The notes below the pieces were generated by a model, which ran no database searches, was not told where the DNA came from, and was given only the letters and a program-made list of their open reading frames with translations. This document shows, in pieces, positions 48,040-64,000 of a stretch of DNA of 64,000 nucleotides. The position numbers and the translations under genes are program-made. Positions within the stretch are counted from its first letter, which is position 1. Each line of letters starts with the position of its first letter. The stretch comes from Octopus sinensis (taxonomy: Eukaryota): contig NC_043004.1 of NCBI RefSeq assembly GCF_006345805.1, forward strand, positions 63,240,001 to 63,304,000, read 5' to 3'.

Positions 48040-48610
48040 TGTGAGATCTGTGAAGAAGCTTGTTACTTCTGGACAAAAGATTAGAAGGCTGCAGATGGCA
48101 CAAAACAACTTGACACACAACCAGGACAGGTATTTTACACAGACCTGAAAAATGTCATGCAAGATTAGCATGCACACAGATATAACAGCTGCGTTCAGTG
48201 TTCAGGACCTCACAGAAGGGGCAAATATGTCATCTTCATGGGAAACACGCCTGCCAAGAAGAGGATTATAACCTACGTGGGCTCTAATGACAAGATGATG
48301 TCATTTATCATGTTTGAGAATGGTGCAAGACTGTCAGAAGTTTGTGATGATCCGGTTTTAAAAGATGTAAAGACTTGGATTATTATTAAACATCCTGAAG
48401 CAAGAAACGAACGAAGAAATCTACCATAAGATCGCTATGGGCTTTAAATTTATATTCCAGCAAGGTTGAATTCCTTGTCACACAAGTGCAGTGGCTCGAA
48501 AAACTCTCAGGGATTAGTTTGGGAAGTCATTGCCAAACGAGGAACAACTCTTGATGCATTAGTGGTAGGATTTCAGCCAGGCGTGTCTCTGGGACATTGA
48601 AATAAATCTT
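48040..48610 (+). pseudogene. Tc1/mariner-superfamily transposase remnant (maT/DD37D-like)
   Basis: VFYTDLKNV (FSDEK-like), PAKKRIITYVGSNDK, VLKDVKTWI, FIFQQG*IPCHTS (QQDxAPxH-like); multiple stops and frameshifts. Confidence 0.6.
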
Positions 48611-49321
48611 TAAGCTTAGATTCGAACTTTATTCCAATCGTTAATGAGGTCTCAATCTTGGGCTACATTTAATTATTTATGAAAATATCACTTTCATTCA
48701 TGGTCAACTTGATCACGATTCTCCTGGTGAGCCTCAAGATTATTCAACATTTTAGATTTTGCTTGATGTAGAGTCCAATAATGATAGTAAAACCAGCGTT
48801 CATTCCATTAAGTTATTATTAAGCATTCATAACATAGAAATGTTCGAATTGGAATCTGACAATTGGACAATTTGCAGGAAACTCACCCAAGACTGGCACA
48901 CTGCATCAAATAATCATCATGTGTGTCCTAATTAGAAACGAGCCAGCAAAATCGCAACATGGAGAAGGAATTTCACCGCTCGATCTACGATGATAATATA
49001 TGCCTGCGGTCTTAGGTTGTGCATATAATCATATACAGAAATGAAATGCATCGAAATTACCATCGTACAAGTGTACATACACGTTACAGTATTTCTGTCA
49101 GTCCCGTCTCTCCCTCTTTGTCCCTCTCTCTTTGACTCTCTCGCTATATATATATACATACATGCAGACACACACACGCATATATATGTATATATACATA
49201 CATATACATACGTACATAATATATATATACCTGATAGGCTAGTCGGTCACGTGATCACGTGATATCTATCTATCTATCTATATATATCTATCTATATATA
49301 TATATAATATATATATATATC

Positions 49322-49787
<466 letters not shown>

Positions 49788-49803
49788 TACATACATACAT
49801 ATA

Positions 49804-50183
49804 CACTTGCGTTAGAAATTAATTAGCACTTCTCAAATTTATACATTAAATAGGTTAAATCAATTAACCTATGAGCTGTTCAAAACGTCTTACGCGATGA
49901 GAAAACTTAGTATGGTGTGATTTCGGTCCTTGGGAGGCGCTACCTATATCTATTAAACAAAGGAAGATTTGTCTGCATCCGCACTCCAAGTTGTTGTTGC
50001 ACTGCTATGTCAACATCATAAGGCTGTAGACTCTCAAACTGCTCTGCAAACAAAGTTACGTCATCGTTCTGCGCAACAGTGAACTCGCAACAAAGCAATA
50101 GTTCGAGATATGGCCACTAGGTGACAGCATATACCTTGAGTGAAGAGCAAATCAAGGGTGCTAATTAATTTCTGACGGTAGTG
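49804..50183. mobile_element. 380-bp Tc1-like MITE with ~26-bp TIRs and TA flanks
   Basis: TA|CACTTGCGTTAGAAATTAATTAGCAC ... GTGCTAATTAATTTCTGACGGTAGTG|TA; absent at the paralogous site near 41975. Confidence 0.88.
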
Positions 50184-50185
50184 TA

Positions 50186-51227
50186 TACATGTTCTCTGTG
50201 AAAACGCAGTTTTGTACGGTCAAAAGTTTGAAAGGATTCGAAGAACAACTGCGACGAAAGAAAAGGTAACACATGATTTTAGGCCCAATTGGAGCATGCC
50301 GTTTGCGGAGTTAGATCACGTGAATAAAGATCTGGAAAGACTAGAAAGTCTAGAAAGAATTGAAAAAGTTAACCATTCGGACTGGGAAGCAAAATAAAGA
50401 AAAGACAATAATTAAGTGTTTGCGCAGACTTTTCGATTGAATTAAATGACTGTTTAGTCGAACACAATTACCCATTACCTATCGCAGAAGTGTTCTCAAG
50501 TTTCAAGGAAATGTTCACAAGATTAAATAAAGGACAACTTTTCTAGATGTAAGCAGAAGAAAAATGTGAATTTTGGATGAGAAAAGACATCAAATATCTA
50601 AATCAAGTAATTGGCGAATAAATGCAAAAAAAAAACGTACTGAAGAAAGACACAGAAACTTATTAAAAATGAGATTCATAGAAAATGAAGCAGATAAATT
50701 GGAAGAACTAATGAAATGGCGTTATGACACACTTTAGGTACCAGTACAGTTACAAGCCGTTGAACCAAAGTGTACAAATGGAGCAAAAAGGAAGAACACA
50801 GAGTTCTTACAATTAAACCCCAAAACGGCAAAATATTAAGTTAGAAAACACGCTATAAGAGGAGGTGTGCTGAATAAAGTAAAATTAAATTGCTTGTTTT
50901 GCAAAGAAAAGAATAGCTAAAAGGGAGATGTTATAGTGGAACGGTACATTAACTCCCTCGTGGCAAAGTGGTATGAAATGGCCACTATAAATCAAAGTCA
51001 GTAGAAGTCGAGGTCAGATGGTAGTAGTAGAGTCATTGTACGAATTTCTTAGTTGGAGTCAGTGTCAGTTACGTGATATATAGTAGTAGTCAAGTAGACA
51101 CTTCAAACCCACTGTCGTGTTATCAGCTATAGTAGGATAGACTAGTCAAAGATAATCGGACGTGGAATACTGCCACAAGATAACCATGCCGACAATAACA
51201 TACAAGTGAACGAGGATTCGTATAACA
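50186..51227 (+). mobile_element. Second copy of the deleted Ty3/gypsy remnant plus LTR (LTR 50929-51227)
   Basis: Matches 41980-43100 with small indels; AAAGGGAGA|TGTTATA...TATAACA. Confidence 0.85.
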
Positions 51228-51846
51228 ACAGATAGACAGGCAGATAGAAAGGTTTCTTTTCAATTTGATGTGGTCATTTCAATCTAATTTCATTACAAGG
51301 TATTTAATTCTCTTCTTTCTTTTCCTTTTCATTGTATACGCATCAACATATTTATAAATAAACACATTTCCTCACAAAGGCTGGTGATCCTTCAGGATGT
51401 CAATTTTAGGAACTAGAATGAGAAATATAAGAAAAGTGGTGGGGGAACTATCGAAACAGTTCAAATTCCAAAATCCTATGAAAATGTGTAGAAAACAAAA
51501 CAATTATAACAATATACAAAGCATAATATGTTATACATGTATGCATATTGTTATAATTATTTGTTTTTTAAATAAATAAATAGACATAAAATAATGTCTA
51601 AAATTTGATGAATACCACCACTAAATCCCCTCCATTTACTTATTGTCGTAAGAATTAAGAGTAAAACAATTTTTACCCTCACCCATGTATTACATTCATA
51701 AGTGTAATTGCGATGCAATGAAAAAACACTTGTGTATTAATAATTGAGTATGCCAACAGTATATTGGATAGATATTATCCCTTAGTTGGTTGGATTCACA
51801 ACCTTTAACGCTCTTGGACTTATTAGTATTAGTATAGATATTATAG

Positions 51847-51921
<75 letters not shown>

Positions 51922-52759
51922 GTGTATACATATATACATACATAAATGCAAACACACGCACGCACGGAAACATACGCATACACACACCTATACATGGAAA
52001 CAAGCATGCAGGCGCAATAGAAGCAATTATATGTGCACAGCACATTCAAATATTTTTCGTTTGTTAAATACTCGATATGACTTTACAAGTTGGGAGTGTC
52101 GCACATAAGAAAATAGTAGGTCATATGATATTCATAAATGACTTGTTTATAAAAAAGTATTTTTCTGACTTAACTTCCTAAACGAATTCCACTCACTTAA
52201 CTCTGTATTTTTTATTTATTTCTACTGAGTGGTCAAGAAAACACGCAAAAGCTTTCATTCAATTCTGTAAATGACCTTCTTCATGCTATCTTCTCATTCA
52301 GACCTCTGTCTGGCACAAATCGAATATTTTTTTTTCAAGATGGAGAAAATGAAATCTGAAGTAATTAAAATGAAATGGCGGTTGTCGAGCGTGGAACTGA
52401 ATCATATTTTCCTCTCTATACCTATTACAAATTTTCTGTCACAATTTCAATTTATTTCGATTCGAAAATGTCAACACTCTCTTCCATTTGAAGAATGTTC
52501 ACTTCAGTAACCATAAATATCTTTCGCTTCTTGGAATTGAAAACTCATTGCATATTTTGTATTTGACGACCAAACTATTATAATTATCATATTTAATTTT
52601 CTTTATGCGAATAATTGCCTTCATATCTTCTCAAATTGATCCCACTTCAGCCATTATTTACACAGCGGACTACAATTGTATAGTCGAGTCCCATGTGTAA
52701 TTCGATGTTGTGCATGAATAAACATTAAATATTAGTGTAATACACCCAGAGCCACTCTA

Positions 52760-54510
52760 ATATTTTAAGAGTAAAATTGAAGATTTCTCAGTTTTCTGTG
52801 AATCGATTTTCATGAAAGTTTTCCCAGCATATTTTTAGATAATAGCTCTGTGGAATCTTGCGCAATTCCTTTTGTCGGGTGTGTTATTTGTAGAAACTCG
52901 CACTTCAGCAAAGGGAATTGCCGTTTATTTTTTCCAACAATGTAATTTTCCTTGCATTTGGTTAAGTAATGCAGTATATAAAGTTCTGCATCTTCCAGTT
53001 CATAATTGGTATTTCTGTTTTGTTAGGAACCTTTGAGACCGTTGGATTTGACGTACTTTGTTGTCAATCACAATAGTACATATAAGTCTTGCTATTCTGT
53101 ATGGGATGTTCCTTTTGGTGTGTGAGGGATGGTAAGAGTAGAAACTGAAATACTGGTGCGATTCCGTGTTTTGCAAAAAATGTCTCTTGTGACTGAGGAG
53201 TTGTGTATTTTATGTGAATATCCAGGAATGGTAATCCATTGCAACTTGATTCTGACGTGAATGTGATGGATGTGTGAAGTGTGTTGAGTATATTATTAAC
53301 CTCATTTGATTTGTCCCAAATGATGAAGTCATAATAGGAAGGCGTTCCCACTTTTTAATGACGTATTTCTTGGAATCCTGATTAAAATCTCTTTCCACCT
53401 CCTCATAAAGCTTTTTTTACGAGAATCTCATAACTAGGTTAGTATATGAGGGTGCAAATCGCGCACCCTTAGCCGTGCTCTTTTATCTGTCGATATGTTT
53501 TATTATGGAATCTAACACTGTTTCCGTCTAGTACCCGACGTGTGGCTTTGGTGATGAAGTCAGTTTGAAGTATTCATTTATCCGTACTCTATGTTTCTCT
53601 ATCCAGTGTTTTAGCGCTTCCAGGCTCAAAGCGTGAGGTATATTGGTATGAAGAATGGCGACGTCAATGCTTGTATGTATAGTGCTTTCTGGGACTGTAG
53701 GTAAAATGTGCTGGAGGAAATCTATGCCGTCCTGTGTATAGGTGGGAATTAATGAGCATACAGGTTTTAGACGTATGTCCAAAAAACGACTCAGCTGTTT
53801 TGTTGGGCCTTGAGGTCCAGCAATTATTGGTGTGAGTTTGAGGTCAGTAGTCTTAGTATGTTTATCTATTGGTTCCTCTTATCATTTATGGCCCTCTGTA
53901 TTTCGGAGCTTTTGTGGATGTTGGGTAATACGAAGAAATTCCCTCCTGTGAAGGACTCTTGGTATTCATTAGTGTTTCGATTTTATCCATTATTGCTTTC
54001 TTCCGCGTTCCTTGGTTCTTTCTTGTAATAAGTTTGCTCTGTTAGAATTTCCAATATTTTATATTTATAGCAGTCATTGTCCATGGTCATTATCGCGCCT
54101 CCCCTATCGGCTTCTTTTAGAACTGAATTGTCATTCATCAGTATTAACAGGGTTTCTCATTTTATTCACGAAGTTTTTGATTGCATATTCGGGTACTTAA
54201 GGGAAATTTCCAAATTGTGTCTCTATGTGCATCTAAATGTTTGATATTCTTTTGGTAGGGGTGTAGTGGGGTTTATTTCTGACAATTGATATGTCATTTA
54301 TATCCTCATTGCCGCTGAAATCTATAAGTGGGTAGTGGCGGTTAAAATGATCAGTATCAGCTTTTAGTTCTAAGAAATTAAGGGTGGATATAGGGGAAAA
54401 TTTGAAACTGCAATACGTTATTTCATTCCTGTTTTCTGTTTGACAAATCTATGATCTTCGGGTCTATATGTTCTGTGTGGTCATTAAAATTATGTAGTGC
54501 GTTGGGTCTG
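52760..54510 (-). mobile_element. Penelope-like element RT, decayed
   Basis: [30 protein letters not shown]...ITFTSE...LPFLDI, SYHPSHTKRNIPY. Confidence 0.85.
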
Positions 54511-54514
54511 CCGC

Positions 54515-57842
<3,328 letters not shown>

Positions 57843-57849
57843 AGAAAGT

Positions 57850-58900
57850 TTGTTTGGTAAAGCACGTGGGTGAATATATAAGGAAATAGTAAAGTGTGAA
57901 AAACGACAGAAGGCTTAAATGTTAAAAAATATATATATTTGCGTCAAAATGTCTGGAGAATATTGGAAAAATTTTTTTCCTTTCCTTAAAATGACATAAT
58001 TTTAAAATTTTTAAAGAAATTACCGGTTTCGCGTGTAGCTTTTCAAATTTCTTGTGACGTTATGTTTATATTGCATGGAGTTATCGTTGTTTTTATTTCC
58101 AGGAGATTTCTAAATAAGGGGAGGTAGTGAGAGATTTCTTCCGGTGTAAGGGAGATAATCGCTTAAAATTTTTTTTTCCTTTTTCCTTGTTAATTTCTCT
58201 GTGTCAGTATGTTCGGATGGTTGAGTCTGGGTTTGTACTTTTCAATGAAGAATGTTTCCTTGTTCAGTCTCATTTGTGTTGATGATCCGAAAGCACATTG
58301 GTAAAATGGGAAGATTAAAAATTGTGGCAGTAGTTGCTTTGCGCATTTCTCAATGTGCTCACTAAAAGGTATCATTCTATATTCTGGGAATGCAATCTTT
58401 TGTCGATGCAGTGTGCATCTACGCCTGAGTGATAGTCCCGTGGAACCCACGTAGTCTTGGTGGCAGCCCGAGCATTTAATAACATAAATTATGTTTTCAG
58501 AGGCACAAGTAAAATTAGATTTGATCTTAAATTTCTGTCCCTCTTTAAAGAAGAATTCTGATCCTTCCAATAGGTTCGGACATGTTGCACAGTTCGATCT
58601 ACCACATTTTTTTACTTTTGCATCCGTAATTTTAGAAGACAATTTTGCCTTTGTGAGAATCTTTTTAAGTGATTTAGGCTGTTTGTAGCTTTTAATGATT
58701 TGGTGTATGTTTAGAATTTCCTTTAATTTTGGGTTTTTATGAAGTATTGGTAAATTCTGGGTGATGATGGTGAAGGCTTCTTTGTTTCTGGGGTTGTATG
58801 TAGATATGTAAGGTAGTAATTTCGGGGAAGGTGTGTTGTTGTGTTGAACTTTTCTTAAAGTTTCTATGTTGATTTCTGTTGCACGTCTGATCCCATCCTC
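57850..58900 (-). mobile_element. Neptune-like PLE C-terminus (Cys-rich linker, GIY-YIG) plus 3' UTR
   Basis: LPYISTYNP, KSYKQPKSLKKIL, KCGRSNCATCP, TCASENIIYVIKCSGCHQDYVGST...RLNKETFFIEKYKPRLN. Confidence 0.88.
58016..58051 (-). ncRNA. Decayed minimal hammerhead ribozyme
   Basis: Minus strand GAAAT-TTGAAAA-GC-TACAC-GC-GAAA-CCGG-TA-ATTTC; stems pair but the core has two transitions relative to CTGANGA. Confidence 0.5.
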
Positions 58901-59339
58901 TTTGTGTCACAAAAGATATCAGTTCGCAATGTATTAACTTATTTTATTCCCTATCACTCTCTTGCTTTCCCTATTTCTGTCCCTCTATCTGTCTCTCTCA
59001 ATACGTGTGCGTATCTGCGTGTTTGTGTGAGTTTGTTGGGGATTTCAAAATATGATGTGTTTCCATATTCATACAAAATCGCTAGGTTTATGTCTAAAAT
59101 TCTGAAGCCAAAACTTCCCAAGACATGTCGAAAGCTCCACTGAAGTAATCAACAGATTGAGACACATCTGCTCACTCATGAATATATGGAATAATTACTG
59201 CGAAGTATCTTGTAGAATACATTGTATAAAAGATCTTGGGCAAAGCCAAAACAATGCCAGGTAAATGCAAGGTAAATCACAAGAAAACAAATATGTGAAT
59301 TAATGTAGGCTACCTTGTATTAAATATTTCGGGGTTCGA

Positions 59340-59640
59340 CCTGCCCCATCAATGACCCTGAATTGTGCTAGAGGACCTATGTCGTATATGAGATCATCTG
59401 TGGCAAATGTGGCGCATCCTACATCGGAAACACGACAAGAATAATATATACATTGAGGCACACTTCCATGAAGAAACATCTGCGGAAATGCCAGACTCGG
59501 GAGTTCACAGAGCACATCAAGGCAACGCAGTGGAACAGGGGAAATCTTGGATTTCTCTGAAGCTATCCTCATACACCAAAAGAAACCCAAGATCAATAAT
59601 AGAAGGGAGTCACAGGAAGCTACCTGGTTGATAAAGCAAC
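59340..59640 (+). mobile_element. GIY-YIG endonuclease fragment, PLE-like
   Basis: VVYEIICGKCGASYIGNTTR...EAILIHQKKPKINNR, with frameshifts. Confidence 0.75.
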
Positions 59641-59763
59641 AACCTTCTGCGCATGTCCACTTCACACACGCACATCGGCAACGTTCATCACTTTCTTGAA
59701 AATGGGGTCTTAGCTTGCATTTACTTAGCATTGTTTTGGCCTTACCCACGATCTTTTATACAC

Positions 59764-59839
<76 letters not shown>

Positions 59840-60020
59840 TGTATATATATATACATATAGGACTTATTCTATAGGACTATTTGTTTACGGAGACGTAAAC
59901 AAATCAATATCGGCTGCCAAGAAGTGATGGGGGAAACACACACAGACACACACAAGTACACACACACACCCATATCTATATAAATATATTTGTGTGTGTG
60001 TCTTTATATATACATATATA

Positions 60021-60135
60021 CACGCGACTGGCTTCTTTCAATTTCCGTCCAACAAATACTTACAAGGTTTTGGTTGGCCCAATGCCTCTAGTAGAAGACA
60101 TTTGCCTAAGGTGCTGCGCAAAGTGACTGAACTCA
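60021..60135 (-). mobile_element. SINE fragment
   Basis: GGCTTCTTTCA...TAGTAGAAGACATTTGCCTAAGG is homologous to 62770-62935. Confidence 0.6.
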
Positions 60136-60585
60136 TCTCTTTCTGTTGTATAAAATATAGCTGAACTACATTCTACCAGTTGTGTACTAAAGCTACCGCT
60201 TCTATCCTTGCTCAAGCTAGTCTTAATCATCTCATTTCTATCCTTAATTGAATTTATGTGATATTCCTCTCTCGGTTTAAATATGCCCTAACATTCAACA
60301 TTTAACATTATTTGGCCCATCTTTCAACTAGATATCTTCATTATTACTGGCTTAATTTATATCTTCCTTTTTGTACTTATAAACCATAGCAACACATATC
60401 GGTATGTTAATTTCCGTATGACCATCAATGTAATTAAGTTCAATATTAACTCTATCCAATCTCCTTTAAGACGGAGAAAAAACAATTACCTGTTACAACA
60501 CTCAGTTATACTTTGATCTAATATATATTAGCGACAAAAGTAGTATTAATACCGAGGGATAATATTCATTCCCACATTATTGTGG

Positions 60586-60856
60586 ATTCTGTTGTGTCTG
60601 GGGAGAGTCATTTTCTTTTTGTGCCTTATTATATAACATATTCACTGGTCAAATTTCCACTTTTTCCTTATTTTTATTTTGCTAAAATTTTCGTTGCGTC
60701 TTGTAACCTTTTCAATAGTTTTGACTATTGAAAAGGTTGCAAGTCGCAACGAAAATTTTTGAACAATAAAATAAGAAAAAAGTGGAAATTTTATCGGTGA
60801 ATGTGTTAAGTAATAAGGCACAAAAAGAAAATGACTCTCCCCAGGCACGTCAGAAT
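60586..60856. repeat. 271-bp near-perfect palindrome (fold-back)
   Basis: Arms pair along the whole length about a centre at 60721, e.g. GGGGAGAGTCATTTTCTTTTTGTGCCTTATT / AATAAGGCACAAAAAGAAAATGACTCTCCCC. Confidence 0.93.
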
Positions 60857-61492
60857 ATGCTTCAACACACGAACTCATATAAAGAATCTTGCAAACCAAA
60901 TCCCAAAACGAAATTATTGTGGATGTTCTTTTATAACGATCTATACTGCGGTATATTCTCATTTAGCCTTTTCTTGCATAATGCATACATGTTTTATCGC
61001 CAGCGGGAAGTTAAATCCCCACTGACCACATCACCGAGGCAAAAATATTACTTGAAATTGGCCTTCCTTTGTCTCATCGGTGAATAACGCTTGTCCGCTA
61101 GAGATAGCTTTGACTTATCTCCCCGCAGCTGATACATAGACAGTAGGCCTCTTTAAAATATTATTAGCCACAGAAGCAATATCAATAAGGAGAGATAATA
61201 TCAACTCCCATTTCAAAATTTGCTACAGATAACTAATAGGAAAGTACAAAAGCTCGGCTATAAAAATTCACAATATTCTAATTGAACTGAGAGGCACAAT
61301 AGACACGCTCGTGCGCTCGTATGTATCAGTGCGTCTGTGAGTCTGTGTATGTGTATGAGTGTGTGCATAAAAAAATAAATATATTCATCACAGAATTGTG
61401 ATAAATAAATAAATAATATACGGGGCACGGATACAAATAACATATGGAAGCGAGCCCATATACACATACACACAAACATATACAACGTATAA

Positions 61493-61721
61493 GGCGGCGA
61501 GCTGGCAGAAACGTTAGCACGCCGGGCGAAATGCGTAGCCGTATTTCGTTTGCCGCTACGTTCTGAGTTCAAATTCCGCCGAGGTCGACTTTGCCTTTCA
61601 TCCTTCCGGGGTCGATAAATTAAGTACCAGTTATGCACTGGGGTCGATATAATCGACTTAATCCGTTTGTCTGTCCTTGTTTGTCACCTTTGTGTTTAGC
61701 GCCTTGTGGGTAGTAAAGAAA
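61493..61721 (+). mobile_element. Full-length tRNA-derived SINE
   Basis: GGCGGCGAGCTGGCAGAAACGTTAGC (A-box)...GAGTTCAAATTCC (B-box), body and A-rich end. Confidence 0.85.
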
Positions 61722-62769
61722 TACATATACAGTAATTTCACATACGGTCGCAACAATTAGAACACGAATAACAACGGCAGCTGCAACAACAATGACAACG
61801 ATGGCAATAGCAACAACAATAACCAAGATGGCAGCAGTGTGGGCGAGCACACCTACAAGAGATAGAGGAATTCTACCAAGACCTGGGTTCCAGGGCAGCA
61901 GCAGCAACAACGTGAGAGGGGAGGATTTTAGAGCTACTAAGAACATTAGCATACAGACATAAACACACACAGATACACGCTCGCGTGCAAACACGGACGC
62001 AAAAGTATGCGCGTGTAAGACCAGAATGAAATAAATGGAGCAAGAGCACACAGAGAGTTGGAAATGGTCACTGAGGTGGTCACAGATGTGTAGCGAAAGA
62101 TTTCGTGACAAAGAACATTAGTTAGAATAAGAATAAGAATAAGAACAAACGAGCGAATAGCGAATATATAGTGCGTGTGTATCTTTGGCTAAAAAAACGA
62201 AAACTTATCATACTGAAATACAACTCTATATAAAGTTTGGTCATTCCCCTAAAATTCTGTATATATATTTCGTTCCGTAAATATGCTTCTGTACAATCAT
62301 GATTTTTGTTGAACTTAAAATAATTATACATGTATTTTACTACCTCTCTTTGAACACTTTCATGTAAACTGTTTAAACACAAAGCCTGTCTTAACATGTT
62401 CTTATCATTGTCAAAGATTCTATTTCTTGATATTTTCTTATCATTATTAATAACTGTATAACTGTATTTTAATACAACTATGATATCCATTTTTTAAAAT
62501 AACAAAAGCTTAGATTTTACTTTTGAAAATATCTTTTTATAAAAGTGAAACCGGTCAAATCGATAAACATCTTTAAACGACATCTATATTTTCAAATACT
62601 TTTTCCTATATATTTTCACTCGTGCGGTACCTTGCAAGTTTATTTTGTTCTATTGTCCTTGTTTGCTGTACCGCTAGATTAAAGGGACGTAAACAGACCA
62701 GAACCGGTTGCCAAGCGATGTTAGGAAGAAACACATACGAAAATGCATACATACCCTATATATATATAT

Positions 62770-62935
62770 GCACGACAGGCTTCTTTCAGTTTTCATCTAC
62801 CAAATCCACTCAGAAGAATTTGTTCGAAAGAAGTCTATAGTAGAAGACGTTTGCCCAAGATGGCATGCAGTGGGAATGAACCCAGAACCATCTGGTTGGG
62901 ATGCAAACATCTTATCACACAGCCACTGTTGCGCC
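62770..62935 (-). mobile_element. tRNA-derived SINE
   Basis: Reverse complement GTGGCTGTGTGATAAG...GGGTTCATTCCCACTGC; same family as 19752. Confidence 0.75.
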
Positions 62936-63539
62936 TGTATATGTGTGGGTGTATGTCTGTGTGTGTTTGTATTTGTGCGTGTGAGTGCATGATGTATATA
63001 TTATTGTGGACTAGGGCAATTGCTGGAGTCATCCTGAGTTTCTCGCTCATAAAGGGTTTCACCTTTTCACCTTATGACGTATCTTGAAGGCCCGAAGAGT
63101 GCTGACTTGAGATCCCTATAAAATAAGGAGAGCAAAAAACCTCGTTCAACGATCTTCGGCCGCGCTGCCATCTTGCGGTCACCAAACCACCACGTAGATA
63201 AACTATTGTCTCCTTTCAGCCTTGGCAATTGGTTTCCGGCTGTGGTGTAGCCATGCGGATTCCAAGAATAAGAATTTTATAAAATACAAGCATGGCACGA
63301 AAATCTCCGTCATAGAGTTCACACTTAGAAAAAATGCCCTGCGCCCTGTTGGCATCTAGCCCTGGCCATTGCTACGGGGGCAAGTTGCCATACACTAGAC
63401 AGACTTAGGAAAGACTTAATCAGCACGCTTGCCTTCTTGCGCTTCAAGATCACCATAGAGAGAAACCTCACGTGATAGCAATAATTGAGATACAGTTAAC
63501 ACGGTAACGACGTGAAAAATGATGTCAGTACTACCATGT

Positions 63540-63930
63540 ATACAACTAAATATAAATGCTCTTGCAGAGGAAAATGAAAATGCCTATTGATGAACCTGTG
63601 TATGAGTACAAATTTTGTATGTAAATGTACCGTACACACAAAGGAGAACCGTATGTTTACATACGGCGTAACATCGGACTCAGTGAAAGGTCGCAATCAA
63701 GTCACCACCTTCAAGAAATTCATTAATAGATATTCAACAACCACGGCCGATTTTGTATGGCAACTTAAGGAACATACAGTTAAGTATAACTTAACTTCAT
63801 CCATAGTAAGGCACGCAAAACCATATAATATCATTTCCAGGAAATGCCGGCTATGCTCCGCAGAATACCTGCATATTTTGTGCAGAAATGAGATGATCAG
63901 TAATAACATTTCTAAAAGACACCCTGGAGC
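63540..63930 (+). mobile_element. PLE GIY-YIG fragment, decayed
   Basis: KCSCRGK*KCLLMNLC...VWQLKE...AKPYNIISRKCRLCSAE; same type as 38842-39333. Confidence 0.78.
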
Positions 63931-64000
63931 TTACATTTATATAAAAGCACTTTCACATAAAGCAGTGGCAATTTTCAGTTGACTTACTTACTAATCATTT

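Noticed and set aside
61493-61580. tRNA gene
   Set aside because: A and B boxes are present but no full cloverleaf, and the sequence continues into a SINE body; the same holds for the other SINE heads
63020-63480. Possible further Tx1 3' end on the minus strand
   Set aside because: No diagnostic motif could be read in any frame

Overview
Eukaryotic, AT-rich, microsatellite-dense intergenic or intronic DNA. The tRNA-derived SINEs and the (TA)n/(GATA)n/(TAA)n content suggest a cephalopod such as Octopus (inference). No complete host gene, rRNA, tRNA or CRISPR array is supported, and most ORF-track entries are microsatellite artefacts. The window is a graveyard of mobile elements: a head-to-tail stack of L1/Tx1-clade retrotransposons separated by (GATA)n at 3.6-11.3 kb; a CR1-like LINE with an open 962-aa ORF2 at 22.3-26.9 kb; two RTE-clade LINEs, one with a PHD-type finger inside the RT region and one missing its endonuclease; at least seven Penelope-like (PLE) fragments; Ty3/gypsy remnants with an LTR; Tc1/mariner and possible hAT remnants; a TA-flanked MITE; and SINEs. 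Local duplications occur at 1-3.6 kb, 11.7-17.8 kb and 36.3-52.7 kb. The most notable observations are the apparently (GATA)n-targeted Tx1 stack, a complete hammerhead ribozyme with palindromic stem III at 37938-38033 (plus a decayed one at 58016-58051), and a 271-bp near-perfect palindrome at 60586-60856.
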